Positions 10,000-21,650 are shown, counted from the first letter of the stretch. The stretch: DNA of 64,000 nt from Alphaproteobacteria bacterium (GCA_964291215.2 OZ219790.1:1248001-1312000), one strand, 5' to 3'. Notes: generated from the letters alone by a model not told the origin. Translations and numbers: made by a program.

Positions 10000-11212
10000 G
10001 GAACGGCCGGTGGGATCCGCCGATCGTTCCGCCGGTACGGTCGCGATCGCCCTCGTCGCAACCACCGCCGTCCAGGCTCTGGTCACGATGGCCACGCTGA
10101 CGATGTCGATCCTGGCGCCGCGTGCGGCGCAGGATATCGGAATTCCCGCCGAGAATATCGGGTTCTACGCCTCGATCGTCTATGTCGGCGCCATGGTGGG
10201 CTCGCTGACCGCGGGCGGTTTCGTGCTTCGCTTCGGTGCTATCAGGTTTTCACAGATCGTCATGCTGACATGCGCAGTCGGACTGGTTATCGGCATCGGC
10301 GCGCATTGGAGCCTGCTGCTGGTTTCTGCTCTCGTCTGCGGGCTCGGCTACGGCCCGACGACACCGGCAAGCAGTCACATTCTTTCCCGCCACACGCCGC
10401 CCCGGTTCCTGTCGCTCGTATTCTCCATCAAGCAGACAGGAGTGCCGCTCGGCGGCCTGATCGCCGGACTGCTCATCCCGCTGTTCCTCGTATGGTTCGA
10501 TTGGCAGGGCGCCATGTGGGCGGTCACCGCCACCGTACTTCTCGGGCTGATTTGCCTGCAACCGACGCGACGGCGTTTCGACCGTAGTCTCGAAGCCGGC
10601 GCTCCGCTCCTGAGGGGAAATATCATCGGCCCCCTGCGCCTCGTGTTCTCGAGACGGGAACTCCGCATCCTGATAGCCGGATCGTTTCTGTTTGCCGCCC
10701 TGCAACAGTGCTACACTTATTTTCTGGTGACATTTCTTCAGACCGATATCGGCTGGTCCAACCAGAAAGCCGGGCTTGCGTTGTCCATTCTCGGCGCCTC
10801 CGGGGTAGTCGGCCGCGTCCTGTGGGGCGCCGTCGCCGATGCGACCGGCCGCAGCGACACCGTGCTCGCCTTCCTCGCCTTCGGCATGGCAGCGAGCGCG
10901 GCGATCACCGCAACGATCACGCCCGATTGGAGCGACTGGTCCGTTCTCGCCATCTGCGCGGCGTTCGGCCTCACAGGCATCGCATGGAACGGTGTCTATC
11001 TTGCCGAAGTGTCGCGACGTGTTGCGCCCGAAGAGGCGAGCCGGGCAACCGGTGGCGGACTCTTCATCACCTTTTCGGGGGTGGTCATCGGACCGGCGAT
11101 CTTCGGTCTGATCACGCAGGTCACGGGAGGATTTTCCGCCAGCTATCTCATCCTCGCCGCAGCCACCGCCACTGCCGGCCTGCCGTTGTTGCGGACAAGA
11201 GAAACTTCATGA
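9992..11212 (+). CDS. MFS transporter
   Basis: About 12 hydrophobic segments; FSIKQTGVPLGG. Confidence 0.88.
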   Translation: MTEERPVGSADRSAGTVAIALVATTAVQALVTMATLTMSILAPRAAQDIGIPAENIGFYASIVYVGAMVGSLTAGGFVLRFGAIRFSQIVMLTCAVGLVIGIGAHWSLLLVSALVCGLGYGPTTPASSHILSRHTPPRFLSLVFSIKQTGVPLGGLIAGLLIPLFLVWFDWQGAMWAVTATVLLGLICLQPTRRRFDRSLEAGAPLLRGNIIGPLRLVFSRRELRILIAGSFLFAALQQCYTYFLVTFLQTDIGWSNQKAGLALSILGASGVVGRVLWGAVADATGRSDTVLAFLAFGMAASAAITATITPDWSDWSVLAICAAFGLTGIAWNGVYLAEVSRRVAPEEASRATGGGLFITFSGVVIGPAIFGLITQVTGGFSASYLILAAATATAGLPLLRTRETS

Positions 11213-11404
11213 ACGCGCGCATCGCGCTGGGGGTGCCATCCGCCCCGCAATCCGCGACGCAAGGATGGAACACGCGTCAACGCCATTTCTATCTGCGGTA
11301 GCGGGGTCGAGCCGCCGGTGTTCGCCACCGCCCGGCATCCCGAGAAGCGCGCCGACCTGATAAAGCAGACCAGGGCCGAACACCCGCTGTTTCACACGCA
11401 GGAC

Positions 11405-14182
11405 TTAGACAAGCCGGCCGTGACAGTGCTTGAACTTCCGCCCCGATCCGCAGGGGCACGGTGCGTTGCGCGGAACCTTGCCCCAGGTGCTGACATCCTC
11501 GGGATCGATCCAGCGTCCGAGGCGGTCGTCAAGAACCCAGCCTGAGGGCACCATGTCGTCGGCGACGCTGGCCGGAATCGCAACCGGTGCCGAATCGGGT
11601 CCTGCTCCCGCACCGGCATGCGCGAAAGCCGGATCCTCGCGGGTCATCATGCCCTCTGCCGGATCCGCATGCTCAAGCGCCGCGATCTCGTCGGCCGTGA
11701 TCGATATCTCAAGCCGCGTCATCATCGTGGTCACGTCGGAGCGCAGGCCCGAGAGCATGTCCTCGAACATGTCGAACGCTTCGCGCTTGTATTCGTTCAG
11801 CGGATCTTTCTGGCCGTATGCCCGCAGCCCGATGCCCTGCCGCAGATGGTCAAGCGAGAGCAGGTGCTCCTTCCATGCCTGGTCGAGGTGCTGCAGCAAT
11901 ATGCTCTTCTCGGCCAGGCGCATGATGGAGGGACCGTAGTTCGCCGTCTTCGCGGCCATGAGGTCCTCTGCCCGTTCGGTAATGCGAGACCGGATTTCCT
12001 CGTCCGCTATGCCCTCTTCCGATGCCCAGTCCCCGATCGGCAGATCGAGGTTGAGCAGATCCCGCACACCGTCGCGCAAGACGTCGGTATCCCACTGTTC
12101 CGGATAGGCCTTTTCCGGAATGCACGACGTCACCAAGCCATCGATCACCTGTTCGCGCATGTCGCTGATGGTGTCCGACACATCTTCCGTGACCATGAGG
12201 GTCTTGCGCTGTTCGTAGATCACCTTGCGCTGGTCGTTCATCACATTGTCGAATTTCAGGAGATTCTTTCGGATCTCGAAGTTGCGCTCCTCGACCTTGC
12301 GCTGCGCCTTTTCGATCGCTTTGTTGATCCACGGGTGCACGATCGCTTCCCCGGCCTCGAGGCCGAGGCGCTGAAGCATGTTGTCGATTCGCTCCGATCC
12401 GAAGATGCGCATGAGGTCATCCTCAAGCGACAGATAGAACTTCGAACGCCCGGGATCGCCCTGGCGTCCGGATCGGCCACGCAACTGGTTGTCGATGCGC
12501 CGCGCCTCGTGCCGTTCTGTACCCATCACGTAGAGCCCGCCAGCATCGATCACGATCTTCTTTGCGGCCGCCACTTCGGCCTCGATCTCGGTGCGCAGCG
12601 CCTCGGCACGGCTCTCGCGCTTGGCCGCGGGAAGCTTGGCCAGCTGCTGCTCAAACTGCATCTCGATGTTGCCGCCAAGCTGGATGTCGGTGCCCCGCCC
12701 CGCCATGTTGGTCGCGATCGTCACGGTTCCGGGCCGGCCAGCCTGGGCAATTATGTAGGCTTCCTGCTCGTGGAACCGGGCGTTGAGAACGTTGTGCTCG
12801 ATCTGGTTCTTCGTCAGCAGCTCCGACAGCTGCTCCGAACGCTCGATGGAAATGGTGCCGACGAGAATCGGTTGCTGTCGTCGCTGACATTCCCTGATCT
12901 CATCGAGGATGGCCGCGTACTTCTCGTCGGCGGTCCGGTAGACCTCGTCATCCTCGTCGGCGCGGATCATCAGCACATTGGTCGGAATCTCGACCACTTC
13001 GAGGCCGTAAATGTCTGCGAATTCCGGAGCTTCCGTCATTGCCGTTCCCGTCATGCCGGCAAGTTTGGGATAGAGACGAAAGTAGTTCTGGAACGTGATC
13101 GAAGCGAGGGTCTGGTTCTCCCGCTGGACCGAAACCCCCTCCTTGGCCTCGATCGCCTGATGCAGCCCCTCGGAATACCGCCGGCCCTCCATCATCCGGC
13201 CGGTGAATTCATCGATTATGACGATCGAGTCGTCCTTGACGATATATTCGGTGTCCCGCTCGAAGAGCTTGTGCGCCCTGAGGGCCTGATTGACGTGATG
13301 GACCAGCGCGACATTCGAGACGTCATAGAGCGACGCGCCGGCGAGCATGCCCATCCCTTCCAGGGTCCGCTCGACATGTTCCGTTCCCGATTCGGTCAGC
13401 GTCACGGCGCGCTGCTTCTCGTCTTTCTCGTAGTCTTCCGGAGCAAGCTGAGGAATGACCTTGTCGATGGCCAAATAGAGGTTCGCCGCATCTTCGACAG
13501 CCCCGGAGATGATCAGCGGGGTTCGCGCCTCGTCGATAAAGATGTTGTCGACCTCGTCGACGATCGCATAGTTGAACTCGCGCTGCACCATGTCCTCAAG
13601 ACTGAATTTCATGTTGTCGCGCAGGTAGTCGAAACCGAATTCGTTGTTGGTTCCGTACGTCACATCGCTGGCGTAGGCATCACGGCGGCCGGACTCGCTG
13701 AGCCCCTGCGTGATGCAACCCACCGTCAGACCGAGAAACCGGTAGATTGCCCCCATCCATTCGGCATCGCGCTGCGCAAGATAGTCATTGACGGTAACGA
13801 CATGGACGCCGCGGCCGGAAAGTGCATTCAGGTAGACCGGCAGCGTCGCCACCAACGTCTTGCCTTCCCCCGTCTTCATTTCCGCGATCTTGCCCTCGTG
13901 CAGCACCGTGCCGCCCATCAACTGCACATCGTAGTGGCGCTGGCCGAGCGTGCGTTTGGCCGCTTCGCGCACCGTCGCGAAGGCCTCGGTCAACAGGTCG
14001 CCAAGGTCTTCTCCCGCCGCGAGCCGTTCGCGAAACATGTCGGTTCGCGCGCGCAGGGCGTCGTCCGACAGCTTTTCAAACTCGGGTTCCAGGGCATTGA
14101 TTTTCGCAACCCCGTCCAGAAGCCTCTTAATTTCCCTGTCATTTGCGCTGCCAAACAGGCGGCGCGCCAATCCGTCGAGCAT
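11405..14182 (-). CDS. secA: Preprotein translocase ATPase SecA
   Basis: [24 protein letters not shown]-terminal [14 protein letters not shown]. Confidence 0.99.
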   Translation of the reverse strand: MLDGLARRLFGSANDREIKRLLDGVAKINALEPEFEKLSDDALRARTDMFRERLAAGEDLGDLLTEAFATVREAAKRTLGQRHYDVQLMGGTVLHEGKIAEMKTGEGKTLVATLPVYLNALSGRGVHVVTVNDYLAQRDAEWMGAIYRFLGLTVGCITQGLSESGRRDAYASDVTYGTNNEFGFDYLRDNMKFSLEDMVQREFNYAIVDEVDNIFIDEARTPLIISGAVEDAANLYLAIDKVIPQLAPEDYEKDEKQRAVTLTESGTEHVERTLEGMGMLAGASLYDVSNVALVHHVNQALRAHKLFERDTEYIVKDDSIVIIDEFTGRMMEGRRYSEGLHQAIEAKEGVSVQRENQTLASITFQNYFRLYPKLAGMTGTAMTEAPEFADIYGLEVVEIPTNVLMIRADEDDEVYRTADEKYAAILDEIRECQRRQQPILVGTISIERSEQLSELLTKNQIEHNVLNARFHEQEAYIIAQAGRPGTVTIATNMAGRGTDIQLGGNIEMQFEQQLAKLPAAKRESRAEALRTEIEAEVAAAKKIVIDAGGLYVMGTERHEARRIDNQLRGRSGRQGDPGRSKFYLSLEDDLMRIFGSERIDNMLQRLGLEAGEAIVHPWINKAIEKAQRKVEERNFEIRKNLLKFDNVMNDQRKVIYEQRKTLMVTEDVSDTISDMREQVIDGLVTSCIPEKAYPEQWDTDVLRDGVRDLLNLDLPIGDWASEEGIADEEIRSRITERAEDLMAAKTANYGPSIMRLAEKSILLQHLDQAWKEHLLSLDHLRQGIGLRAYGQKDPLNEYKREAFDMFEDMLSGLRSDVTTMMTRLEISITADEIAALEHADPAEGMMTREDPAFAHAGAGAGPDSAPVAIPASVADDMVPSGWVLDDRLGRWIDPEDVSTWGKVPRNAPCPCGSGRKFKHCHGRLV

Positions 14183-14629
14183 GTTCTTTCGCGGCCCCGC
14201 GTCCGAAGTTCCGTGCTGTCCATAATGGTGTTGTGCAGCGGCACAGACCATATAGCACACCCGGCCGGAAAAGGACAGTTGCAACGCCCTTTGCCTGCCG
14301 TTTCCGCACCGCACACCACAACGGAAGAAGGCCAATCCGAGCCGTGCGCCGCGAGACCTGTTGCGTCAGCGCGCGGGCGCCAGGATCTTGTTTATGTAAA
14401 CCTGTCATGCTAGTGAATTCCGCCGTGGGGAAGCCGCCGCACCGCCAACTCGTGCTGCGCTTGACAGTGAGAACAGCCGCGACTGCCCTTCCTCCCGGCC
14501 TCGCCGCCCGCCTAGCAGCCTGCGTCGCCGGGACACGGTCCTGCCGCATGTCGGAACGGCATACATGTCCCTGATTGCGGCCACTGCGGTGACAGCTGCC
14601 GTGCCCGGCCCAACGTGAAGAGAAACCGG

Positions 14630-15859
14630 ATGACGACGATTTCGCCTCTGGCGCCGACCGAGTTTCCATCGCTGCCGGCGGTATCCGGTGTCTCAGTTGC
14701 CGCTGCCTGCAGTGGCGTCCGCTATTCCGGCAAGCCGGATGTCTTCCTGGCGTCGATGATCCCGGGCACGCAGGCAGCCGGCGTTCTCACCCGTTCGCAA
14801 ACCGCCGCCGCCCCGGTCGACTGGTGCCGCAAGGCCCTGCGACGTGGCCGCGCCAGGGCCGTCATCGTCAACTCCGGCAATGCGAATGCCTTTACGGGCC
14901 TCGAAGGGCGCAAGTCCGTCGAGAGAACCGTGGACAAGGTCGCGGACACGCTGAACTGTCCGAAATCCCAAGTGTTCGTGGCCTCAACAGGCGTCATCGG
15001 AGAGCCGCTCCCCGACGACCGCATCCGACGGTCGCTTGCCGGCCTCCGCGATGCCCTCTCTCCTGACGCCTGGAAGGACGCGGCGACCGCGATCATGACA
15101 ACCGACACCTTCCCGAAGGGCGCCTGGCGGCGAACCTCCATCGGCGATACCGAGGTCACCCTGACAGGCATCGCCAAGGGCTCCGGCATGATTGCACCGG
15201 ACATGGCAACCATGCTTGCCTTCATCTTCAGCGACGTGGCGGTCTCGGCGACGGTGCTGCAGAACATCCTGTCGCGCGGCATCGACCGGTCCTTCAATTC
15301 GATCACCGTGGACGGCGACACCTCGACAAGCGACACTGCTCTCCTGTTTGCCACCGGCGCCGCCGGAAACAGGCCGATCGTTGCCATGAACGATCGCAGG
15401 CTCCACGCTTTCCGCACCGCGCTCGACGGCATTCTCGTCGATCTTGCCCATCAGGTCGTCCGTGACGGAGAAGGCGCCAGCAAGTTCGTCAGCGTCAACG
15501 TCAGCGGAGCGCGGTCCGCGCGCGCAGCGAAGAGAATCGCCCTTTCGATCGCCAACTCACCGCTGGTCAAGACCGCAATCGCCGGCGAAGACGCCAATTG
15601 GGGCCGGATCGTGATGGCCGTCGGAAAGTCGGGAGAAAAGGCCGACCGCGACCGCCTCCGCATCAGCATCGGTGGCATTCGCGTGACTGACGGGGGGCGC
15701 GCCGTCCCGGACTATGACGAGGCGCCGGTAGCACGTCACATGCAGGGACGTGAGATAGACATCAATGTCGATCTGCAGATCGGCAAGGGCGCAGCCACCG
15801 TCTGGACTTGTGACCTTACCCATGACTACATCTCGATCAATGGGGACTACAGGTCTTGA
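14630..15859 (+). CDS. argJ: Bifunctional ornithine acetyltransferase
   Basis: NSGNANA, KGSGMIAPDMATML, DGEGA, ANWGRI. Confidence 0.97.
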   Translation: MTTISPLAPTEFPSLPAVSGVSVAAACSGVRYSGKPDVFLASMIPGTQAAGVLTRSQTAAAPVDWCRKALRRGRARAVIVNSGNANAFTGLEGRKSVERTVDKVADTLNCPKSQVFVASTGVIGEPLPDDRIRRSLAGLRDALSPDAWKDAATAIMTTDTFPKGAWRRTSIGDTEVTLTGIAKGSGMIAPDMATMLAFIFSDVAVSATVLQNILSRGIDRSFNSITVDGDTSTSDTALLFATGAAGNRPIVAMNDRRLHAFRTALDGILVDLAHQVVRDGEGASKFVSVNVSGARSARAAKRIALSIANSPLVKTAIAGEDANWGRIVMAVGKSGEKADRDRLRISIGGIRVTDGGRAVPDYDEAPVARHMQGREIDINVDLQIGKGAATVWTCDLTHDYISINGDYRS

Positions 15860-16001
15860 CGGGCGTCGCGGACAGGACGGCTTCGCAAACCGCTCCGGCG
15901 CGAGCCACCCGGAAGCCCGGTCAAACGCTCTTCTCCACTCCCCCTGATATCCAGCAGGAGCGTACGCGGTCAGGAACCTGTTGCGAACCGGCACCCCGAA
16001 C

Positions 16002-16409
16002 ATGACGGGGCTCCCCATCACGCTCGTCGTTGCGGTCGCACTGATCGATGTCGATGGCCGCGTGCTGATCAGCCGGCGCCCACCTGGAAAACACCTTGCC
16101 GGGCTGTGGGAATTTCCGGGCGGCAAGGTCGGCCGCAGCGAAGCGCCGGAACAGGCGCTGATCCGGGAACTTCACGAGGAGCTTGGAATCGAAACGGACG
16201 AGAGCTGCATCGCACCCCTGACATTTGCCTCGCACGCCTATGGCGAGTTTCATCTGCTGATGCCGCTCTATGTTTGTCGGAAATGGAAGGGTCGTGCGCA
16301 ACCGATGGAAGGACAAGAAATCAAATGGGTTCGAACCGACCAGATGGCTGCGTACCCGATGCCGCCCGCGGACCGACCGCTGGTTGCCATGCTTCGCGAC
16401 TTCCTTTGA
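16002..16409 (+). CDS. mutT: 8-oxo-dGTP diphosphatase (Nudix)
   Basis: WEFPGGK...ALIRELHEELGI Nudix box; next to argJ. Confidence 0.92.
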   Translation: MTGLPITLVVAVALIDVDGRVLISRRPPGKHLAGLWEFPGGKVGRSEAPEQALIRELHEELGIETDESCIAPLTFASHAYGEFHLLMPLYVCRKWKGRAQPMEGQEIKWVRTDQMAAYPMPPADRPLVAMLRDFL

Positions 16410-16510
16410 AGCAGCTGCCGCTTCGCGCTTCCGCCCGGACCAGAAAGGACAATGATGCCCGAGTCCGCGCTCGCTTTCGGATCGGCTGCTCGCGCGCAGC
16501 GGGGTAACGC

Positions 16511-17749
16511 ATGACCACCGTCGTCCGCAGCGATTCGCACCACTGCTGGATTGTCGTTGCGATTTCCTTCATCGCGCTCGCGTGCACGTTCGGCGCACGA
16601 TCTTCCGTCGGCATGGTGCTGCCGTCGTGGCGTACCGAACTTGGCTGGACAGGATCGGAATCGGCAACCGGGGCGGTGCTGGTTCTCGTCATGATGGCCA
16701 TCGGCTCGCCGGTTGCGGGCAATTTCATGGATCAGTATGGCGCACGGCGCATCTTCAGCGGCGGCCTCATCGCGCTCGCTCTCGGAATCGGAGGTACCGC
16801 CTTCGCCACTCAGCCTTTCCACTACTACATCCTGTTCGGATTGATCGGCGGCATCGGCTGGGCGTCCGTCTCGATCCCGCTCGTGACCGCGGCGGTATCA
16901 CGGTATTTCACTCGAATGCGCGGCCTCGCGGTTGGCATCGCGGTATCGGGAGCAAGCGGGGGCCAGCTTCCGGTGCTGTCCGCGCTCGGTATCCTGATCG
17001 CCACGGTCGGCTGGCGCGACACCTATCTGATCCTCGCGACAGTCATGGTGGCGCTCGCCGCCCTCGTCGCCCTGCGGTTCAGGCCCCCGGAAGACGCAAC
17101 CGCCGGTGAAGCGTCCGGCAACAAAACGGGGCCGCTATACGAACGGCTTGGCTCCCTCTTCGTCAACCGCACGTTCCTGCTTCTGTTCGCGGCGTTCTTT
17201 CTGTGCGGCTTCACAACCGCCGGGATTATCGATGTCTATTTCATTCCCTATGCCATTACCTGCGGCTACACCCTCGTCGAAGGATCAGCAGCCTATGGGG
17301 TCCACGGGATAGGGAACCTTGTCGGCGTCATATTCTTCTCCTGGCTGGCCGACCATGTCCACCGGCCACACCTGCTGGCCAGCATGTTCTTCCTTCGCGC
17401 CGCAAGTTTCGGGCTCCTCCTGCTGATCGCCGCGGACATCAGGTTGATGTTCGTGTTCGCGGCAGTGTTCGGCGTGTTGAATTTCGCGACCTTTCCCGTC
17501 ATCGCGAATATCGTGGTCACCCACATCGGCATTCGCATTCTCGGCCTCACCCTCGGTCTCCTGTTCGGCGGGCATTCGCTGGGCGCCGCCATCGGTGTTG
17601 CCAGCGGAGGCTGGCTATTCGATCTCACAGCGAGATATGAGTGGATCTGGTGGATGGCGATCCCGCTGGCGGCGCTTGCCGGCGTGTTCGCGATTCTTGT
17701 ACACGAGACCCGCACCCCCCGCACCGTGGCGCGTACCGCAGCAGCCTGA
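16511..17749 (+). CDS. MFS transporter
   Basis: Multiple TM segments; DQYGAR motif A; FFLCGFTT. Confidence 0.88.
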   Translation: MTTVVRSDSHHCWIVVAISFIALACTFGARSSVGMVLPSWRTELGWTGSESATGAVLVLVMMAIGSPVAGNFMDQYGARRIFSGGLIALALGIGGTAFATQPFHYYILFGLIGGIGWASVSIPLVTAAVSRYFTRMRGLAVGIAVSGASGGQLPVLSALGILIATVGWRDTYLILATVMVALAALVALRFRPPEDATAGEASGNKTGPLYERLGSLFVNRTFLLLFAAFFLCGFTTAGIIDVYFIPYAITCGYTLVEGSAAYGVHGIGNLVGVIFFSWLADHVHRPHLLASMFFLRAASFGLLLLIAADIRLMFVFAAVFGVLNFATFPVIANIVVTHIGIRILGLTLGLLFGGHSLGAAIGVASGGWLFDLTARYEWIWWMAIPLAALAGVFAILVHETRTPRTVARTAAA

Positions 17750-17755
17750 ATTCGC

Positions 17756-18670
17756 TCACTGTCGGGGGCCGGCAGGCTCCCCTGCGGGCCGTTCTTCAGT
17801 ACCGAGCACCGCAGCAAGCCGCTGACCGGCAGACCCCGGCTGCAAAGGCCGAGGCTGCGCGTCGTCAGGCGCCCAGCCCGTCATCCAGATGATCTGGAAG
17901 GTAGCCGGAATACGCCCGTCCCGACATCCATGAACGGCCCGGTAGCGGTCGGCTGCGGCGCCGAGCATGTCGCGCCGCAGGAAGCCGCGGCTGCGCTGGA
18001 GGACGGCATTGGTTTGACCCATCGCACGAAGATCACGCATCAGCGCCAGCAGATCAGCATAAGTGGCGGTGACAGTGTCGACATCAACAACCGGCAGTGA
18101 AAAACCCGCACGCTGCATCAACGCAACGGCATCGGGAGGCGCTGCCATCGGTGAGGTGCGCGGACGGGCGCCGCCTGTGATCTCGTATTCCGCGCCAAGA
18201 AAGGCGTCTCGCAACTCGATCAGCGTATCGCCGCCGAGCAGCGCACCGATGAAGAGGCCGTCTGGCCTCAGGCTGCGACGAATTTGGACAAGCGCACCCG
18301 GGACATCGTTCACCCAGTGCAGCGCAAGACGGGACAGGACGAGGTCAAACGCGCCCTCCGCAAAGGGCAGGAATTCGTCGTCGAACACCACTGCCGGACG
18401 GGCCCCGCGGCAGCGCAACATCCCTTCGGCAAGATCTCCGCGGACCAGGAGCGCCGACGGCGGATCCAGCCTGTGGTCCGCTGGCTCTCCGCCCCCCCTG
18501 CCGATGTCCAGGATTGCCCCGAAATTCCTGCCGGTATCCCGCAGGCGCTCGACCAGCTGCTCCGCGATCTCAAGGCGCAGAAAATCATCCGCCGCATTCG
18601 AGGCAGCCGCGCGGCTGCGGTGGCGGCGGACTGCGCGGCGATCGAAAATCATCGTGCTGTCAGCCACTGA
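17756..18670 (-). CDS. SAM-dependent methyltransferase (BioC/NDUFAF5-like); start uncertain
   Basis: IFDR, LHWVNDVPG, LRAMG, ATFQII, QPRPLQPGSA. Confidence 0.88.
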   Translation of the reverse strand, partial: SVADSTMIFDRRAVRRHRSRAAASNAADDFLRLEIAEQLVERLRDTGRNFGAILDIGRGGGEPADHRLDPPSALLVRGDLAEGMLRCRGARPAVVFDDEFLPFAEGAFDLVLSRLALHWVNDVPGALVQIRRSLRPDGLFIGALLGGDTLIELRDAFLGAEYEITGGARPRTSPMAAPPDAVALMQRAGFSLPVVDVDTVTATYADLLALMRDLRAMGQTNAVLQRSRGFLRRDMLGAAADRYRAVHGCRDGRIPATFQIIWMTGWAPDDAQPRPLQPGSAGQRLAAVLGTEERPAGEPAGPRQ

Positions 18671-18866
18671 ACGGCCTCCCGGGCCCTGCGGCCCGTTCTG
18701 CGCGGCCGAAGCCGCGCCGCCTCCTCCGGACACGCCACCACCATTGGCGAAACGACCATTTGGCTATACATATACACCAGCATGTCCGGCACCGACCATG
18801 CCCGGCTCGGCAATGCCTCAGGCGGGATGACACCGGATTTCTCCAACGGCAAGCAGGGACAACCCG

Positions 18867-19136
18867 ATGGCACACGTCGAGATCTATTCCAGCATGTTCT
18901 GTCCGTTCTGCTTTCGCGCCAAACGCCTCCTGTCGGCGAGAGGCGTCTCCTTTGATGAGATCGATGTCGACACTGATTCCGTCCGGCGCCGTGAAATGAC
19001 AGCCCGCGCAAACGGTCGGAAAACCGTGCCGCAGATATTCATTGATGGCACCCATGTCGGCGGCTCCGACGATCTCGCATCGCTCGACCGCTCCGGAGGC
19101 CTCGACGAACTCCTGGGCGTCGCCGGACAACCGTGA
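18867..19136 (+). CDS. grxC: Glutaredoxin 3
   Basis: CPFC, TVPQIFI, GGSDDL. Confidence 0.95.
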   Translation: MAHVEIYSSMFCPFCFRAKRLLSARGVSFDEIDVDTDSVRRREMTARANGRKTVPQIFIDGTHVGGSDDLASLDRSGGLDELLGVAGQP

Positions 19137-19975
19137 TGACCGGCGTCCTGCGCCTCGCCTGTGTGCAACTTTGCACCGGAAACGACATCGCACGGAATAT
19201 TGCGCATGCTGAAGACCTCGTGCGCGAAGCGGCCGATGCAGGCGCGGATCTGGTCTCGCTTCCTGAGTGCGCCGCGCTCATCGAACCGGACCGTGCAGCC
19301 TTTCGCCGCAAGGCTGTTCTCGAGGAGGAGCACCTGGCGCTGAGCGCCTTCGCTTCGATGGCTCGTGAACTCGGAATCTGGATGCATGTCGGGTCGCTGG
19401 CGGTCCGCCGCGGAGATGGCGGCATTGCCAATCGCACATATCTCATCGATGCCGGCGGGCACGTGATTGCCAGATACGACAAGATTCACATGTTCGATGT
19501 CGACCTGACGAACGGCGAGACCTTTCGCGAATCGGACTCCTACCAGCCAGGCACAAAGGCGGTCTTCGCCGATCTCCCGTGGGGTCGGCTCGGGCTGACC
19601 ATCTGTTACGATGTCCGCTTTCCGGCCCTTTACGGGCATCTCGCTCGCTGCGGGGCGCTTTTCATTGCAGTGCCGTCGGCCTTCACCCGGCGAACCGGCA
19701 GCGTCCATTGGGAGATCCTCCTTCGTGCCCGGGCAATCGAGACCGGTTCCTGGATCTTTGCTGCCGCGCAGTGTGGCAGCCATGGCGGCGGGCGCGAAAG
19801 TTATGGACATTCCCTGATCGTAGATCCCTGGGGCCACGTGCTGGCCGACGGCGGCGAGAATGTCGGCGTCATCGTGGCCGACATCGATCCGGCCCGCACG
19901 GCCGAAGCGCGCGAGGCGATTCCGGTGCTCGCCAACGCCCGCGACTTCGCGCCCGCAGCCGTACAGGAGCGTTAG
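19133..19975 (+). CDS. Carbon-nitrogen hydrolase (Nit1-like amidase)
   Basis: LPE, YDKIHMFDV, ICYDVRFP catalytic motifs. Confidence 0.93.
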   Translation: MMTGVLRLACVQLCTGNDIARNIAHAEDLVREAADAGADLVSLPECAALIEPDRAAFRRKAVLEEEHLALSAFASMARELGIWMHVGSLAVRRGDGGIANRTYLIDAGGHVIARYDKIHMFDVDLTNGETFRESDSYQPGTKAVFADLPWGRLGLTICYDVRFPALYGHLARCGALFIAVPSAFTRRTGSVHWEILLRARAIETGSWIFAAAQCGSHGGGRESYGHSLIVDPWGHVLADGGENVGVIVADIDPARTAEAREAIPVLANARDFAPAAVQER

Positions 19976-20210
19976 GAGGCAGCCGCGCGCAGTTCAGATC
20001 CGGCCAGCTGTCGCAGGCCGACAGCGCCCGGTGCCACACCATCGAGCGGTTTTCCGGCCCACCGGCAACTCGCGGATGGCTGTCGCATCATCCGCGGACG
20101 CCTTGAGAGGCAACAGTCTTCCCCCTTGCCGCGGATCACCGATTAACCTGTCGATCCGAAACAGGAAATTGCCGCTTGGCAAATGAAGATTTTGTTCTAA
20201 TCTAGAAGAC

Positions 20211-20702
20211 ATGATCGTATTTGATGTCACCTGCAAGAACGGCCATACCTTTGAAGGCTGGTTCAAGGACAGCGATACCTTTGACAGCCTCGTGTCAAAG
20301 GGCGAAGTCGCGTGCCCGATCTGTGGCGATACACATGTCAGAAAAGGCCTTGTCGCGCCCCGGCTCGGCGGGATGCGCAAGGGCAAGGACAGCCTCTCCG
20401 CGCCAGAGCCTGCAGAGGCCGTGCAGGCAGTGGATCACGGCAAGGCCGACGGCGACAAGAAAAAGGCGGATGCCGAAGAGTTCAGGGAATTCCTCTCTAC
20501 CGTCCACGAATTGAAGCGGCATGTGGAAGAGAACAGCACCTATGTCGGCGACCGGTTTCCCGAAGAAGCCCGCAAGATTCACTATGGCGAGACCGAGCCG
20601 CAGTCGATATACGGCGAGGCCACGTCGAAGGAAGCGGCAAAACTCAACGACGAGGGCATCGAGTTTCACCGCATCCCCTGGCCCGCAAAGCCCGACGCGT
20701 AA
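20211..20702 (+). CDS. DUF1178 family protein
   Basis: C..GHTFEGWF, CPICG, YVGDRFPEEARKIHYGE. Confidence 0.92.
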   Translation: MIVFDVTCKNGHTFEGWFKDSDTFDSLVSKGEVACPICGDTHVRKGLVAPRLGGMRKGKDSLSAPEPAEAVQAVDHGKADGDKKKADAEEFREFLSTVHELKRHVEENSTYVGDRFPEEARKIHYGETEPQSIYGEATSKEAAKLNDEGIEFHRIPWPAKPDA

Positions 20703-20738
20703 CCGACCAACGTGTCTCCGGGGACGGCCTCCGCGTGG

Positions 20739-21500
20739 TCACCGGCTCAAGCGCTCGGCCGTCAGGATGTAGTTTACCGAGACATTGGCACTCCGCCGCC
20801 ACTCACCCGCCAGCGGATCGAACGAGAGGCCCGAGAGGTCGCTGACCGCGAAGCCGTTCTGCCGCAATGCACGCGCGAGTTCGGAAGGACGAACGAACCT
20901 GCGCCAGTCATGCGTCCCGCGCGGCAACCAGCGCAAAAGGTACTCGGCAGCGACAATTCCCTCCAGAAATGCCCGCGGCGTCCGGTTCAGCGTCGCCGCT
21001 ATTATCGCCCCGCCATCGGCAACCGCAGACGTGCAGCACTCGATGAACAGACCAACATCCGCCACATGCTCCACAACCTCCATGCATAGCACGGCATCGA
21101 ACCGCTCACCGGCGTCCTGCATATCCTCGATAGTGACGCAACGGTAGTCGATATCGACGCCCTCCTCGCGTGCATGCGCCCGGGCGGCACCGACATTGGC
21201 GCCCGAAACGTCGATCCCGGTCACTGACGCGCCCATGCGCGCCAATGGCTCCGAAACCAGACCGCCTCCGCATCCGACATCGAGGATCCTGAGTCCGGCG
21301 AGCGCGTCGAACGAACGGCAGTTCCGGCCGAAAACCTTGCACAGGCGATCCCGGATATATTCAAGGCGGACGGGATTGAACCTGTGCAACGGCGCGAAAT
21401 CACCGCCGGAATCCCACCATTGGCTGGCAAGCGCCGAAAATCGGGCGATCTCCGCCGGATCGACTGTCGTCCGGCCGTCATCGCGTCCGGTTTCCACCAT
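20739..21500 (-). CDS. ubiG: Ubiquinone biosynthesis O-methyltransferase
   Basis: WWD, LH.FNP.R, LDVGCGGG, EVVEHV, LPRGTHDW. Confidence 0.96.
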   Translation of the reverse strand: MVETGRDDGRTTVDPAEIARFSALASQWWDSGGDFAPLHRFNPVRLEYIRDRLCKVFGRNCRSFDALAGLRILDVGCGGGLVSEPLARMGASVTGIDVSGANVGAARAHAREEGVDIDYRCVTIEDMQDAGERFDAVLCMEVVEHVADVGLFIECCTSAVADGGAIIAATLNRTPRAFLEGIVAAEYLLRWLPRGTHDWRRFVRPSELARALRQNGFAVSDLSGLSFDPLAGEWRRSANVSVNYILTAERLSR

Positions 21501-21650
21501 CGCCCAGTCTCCTTGCCACAAAACCTGCCTGCGAGTATCTATGCGCCCGCACCGCTCGGGGCAAGCGCGAGATTCCCGCACTGTCTCCGAAACACCTGGT
21601 TCCCTGCCGGCATCGCTTCGCTGGCGGGCAGGGCCGGCTGGATCAGGATC

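Noticed and set aside
11618-14413. 931-aa plus-strand ORF, and similar long antisense ORFs over katG, purA and prfA
   Set aside because: Shadow ORFs opposite well-supported genes, expected at high GC.
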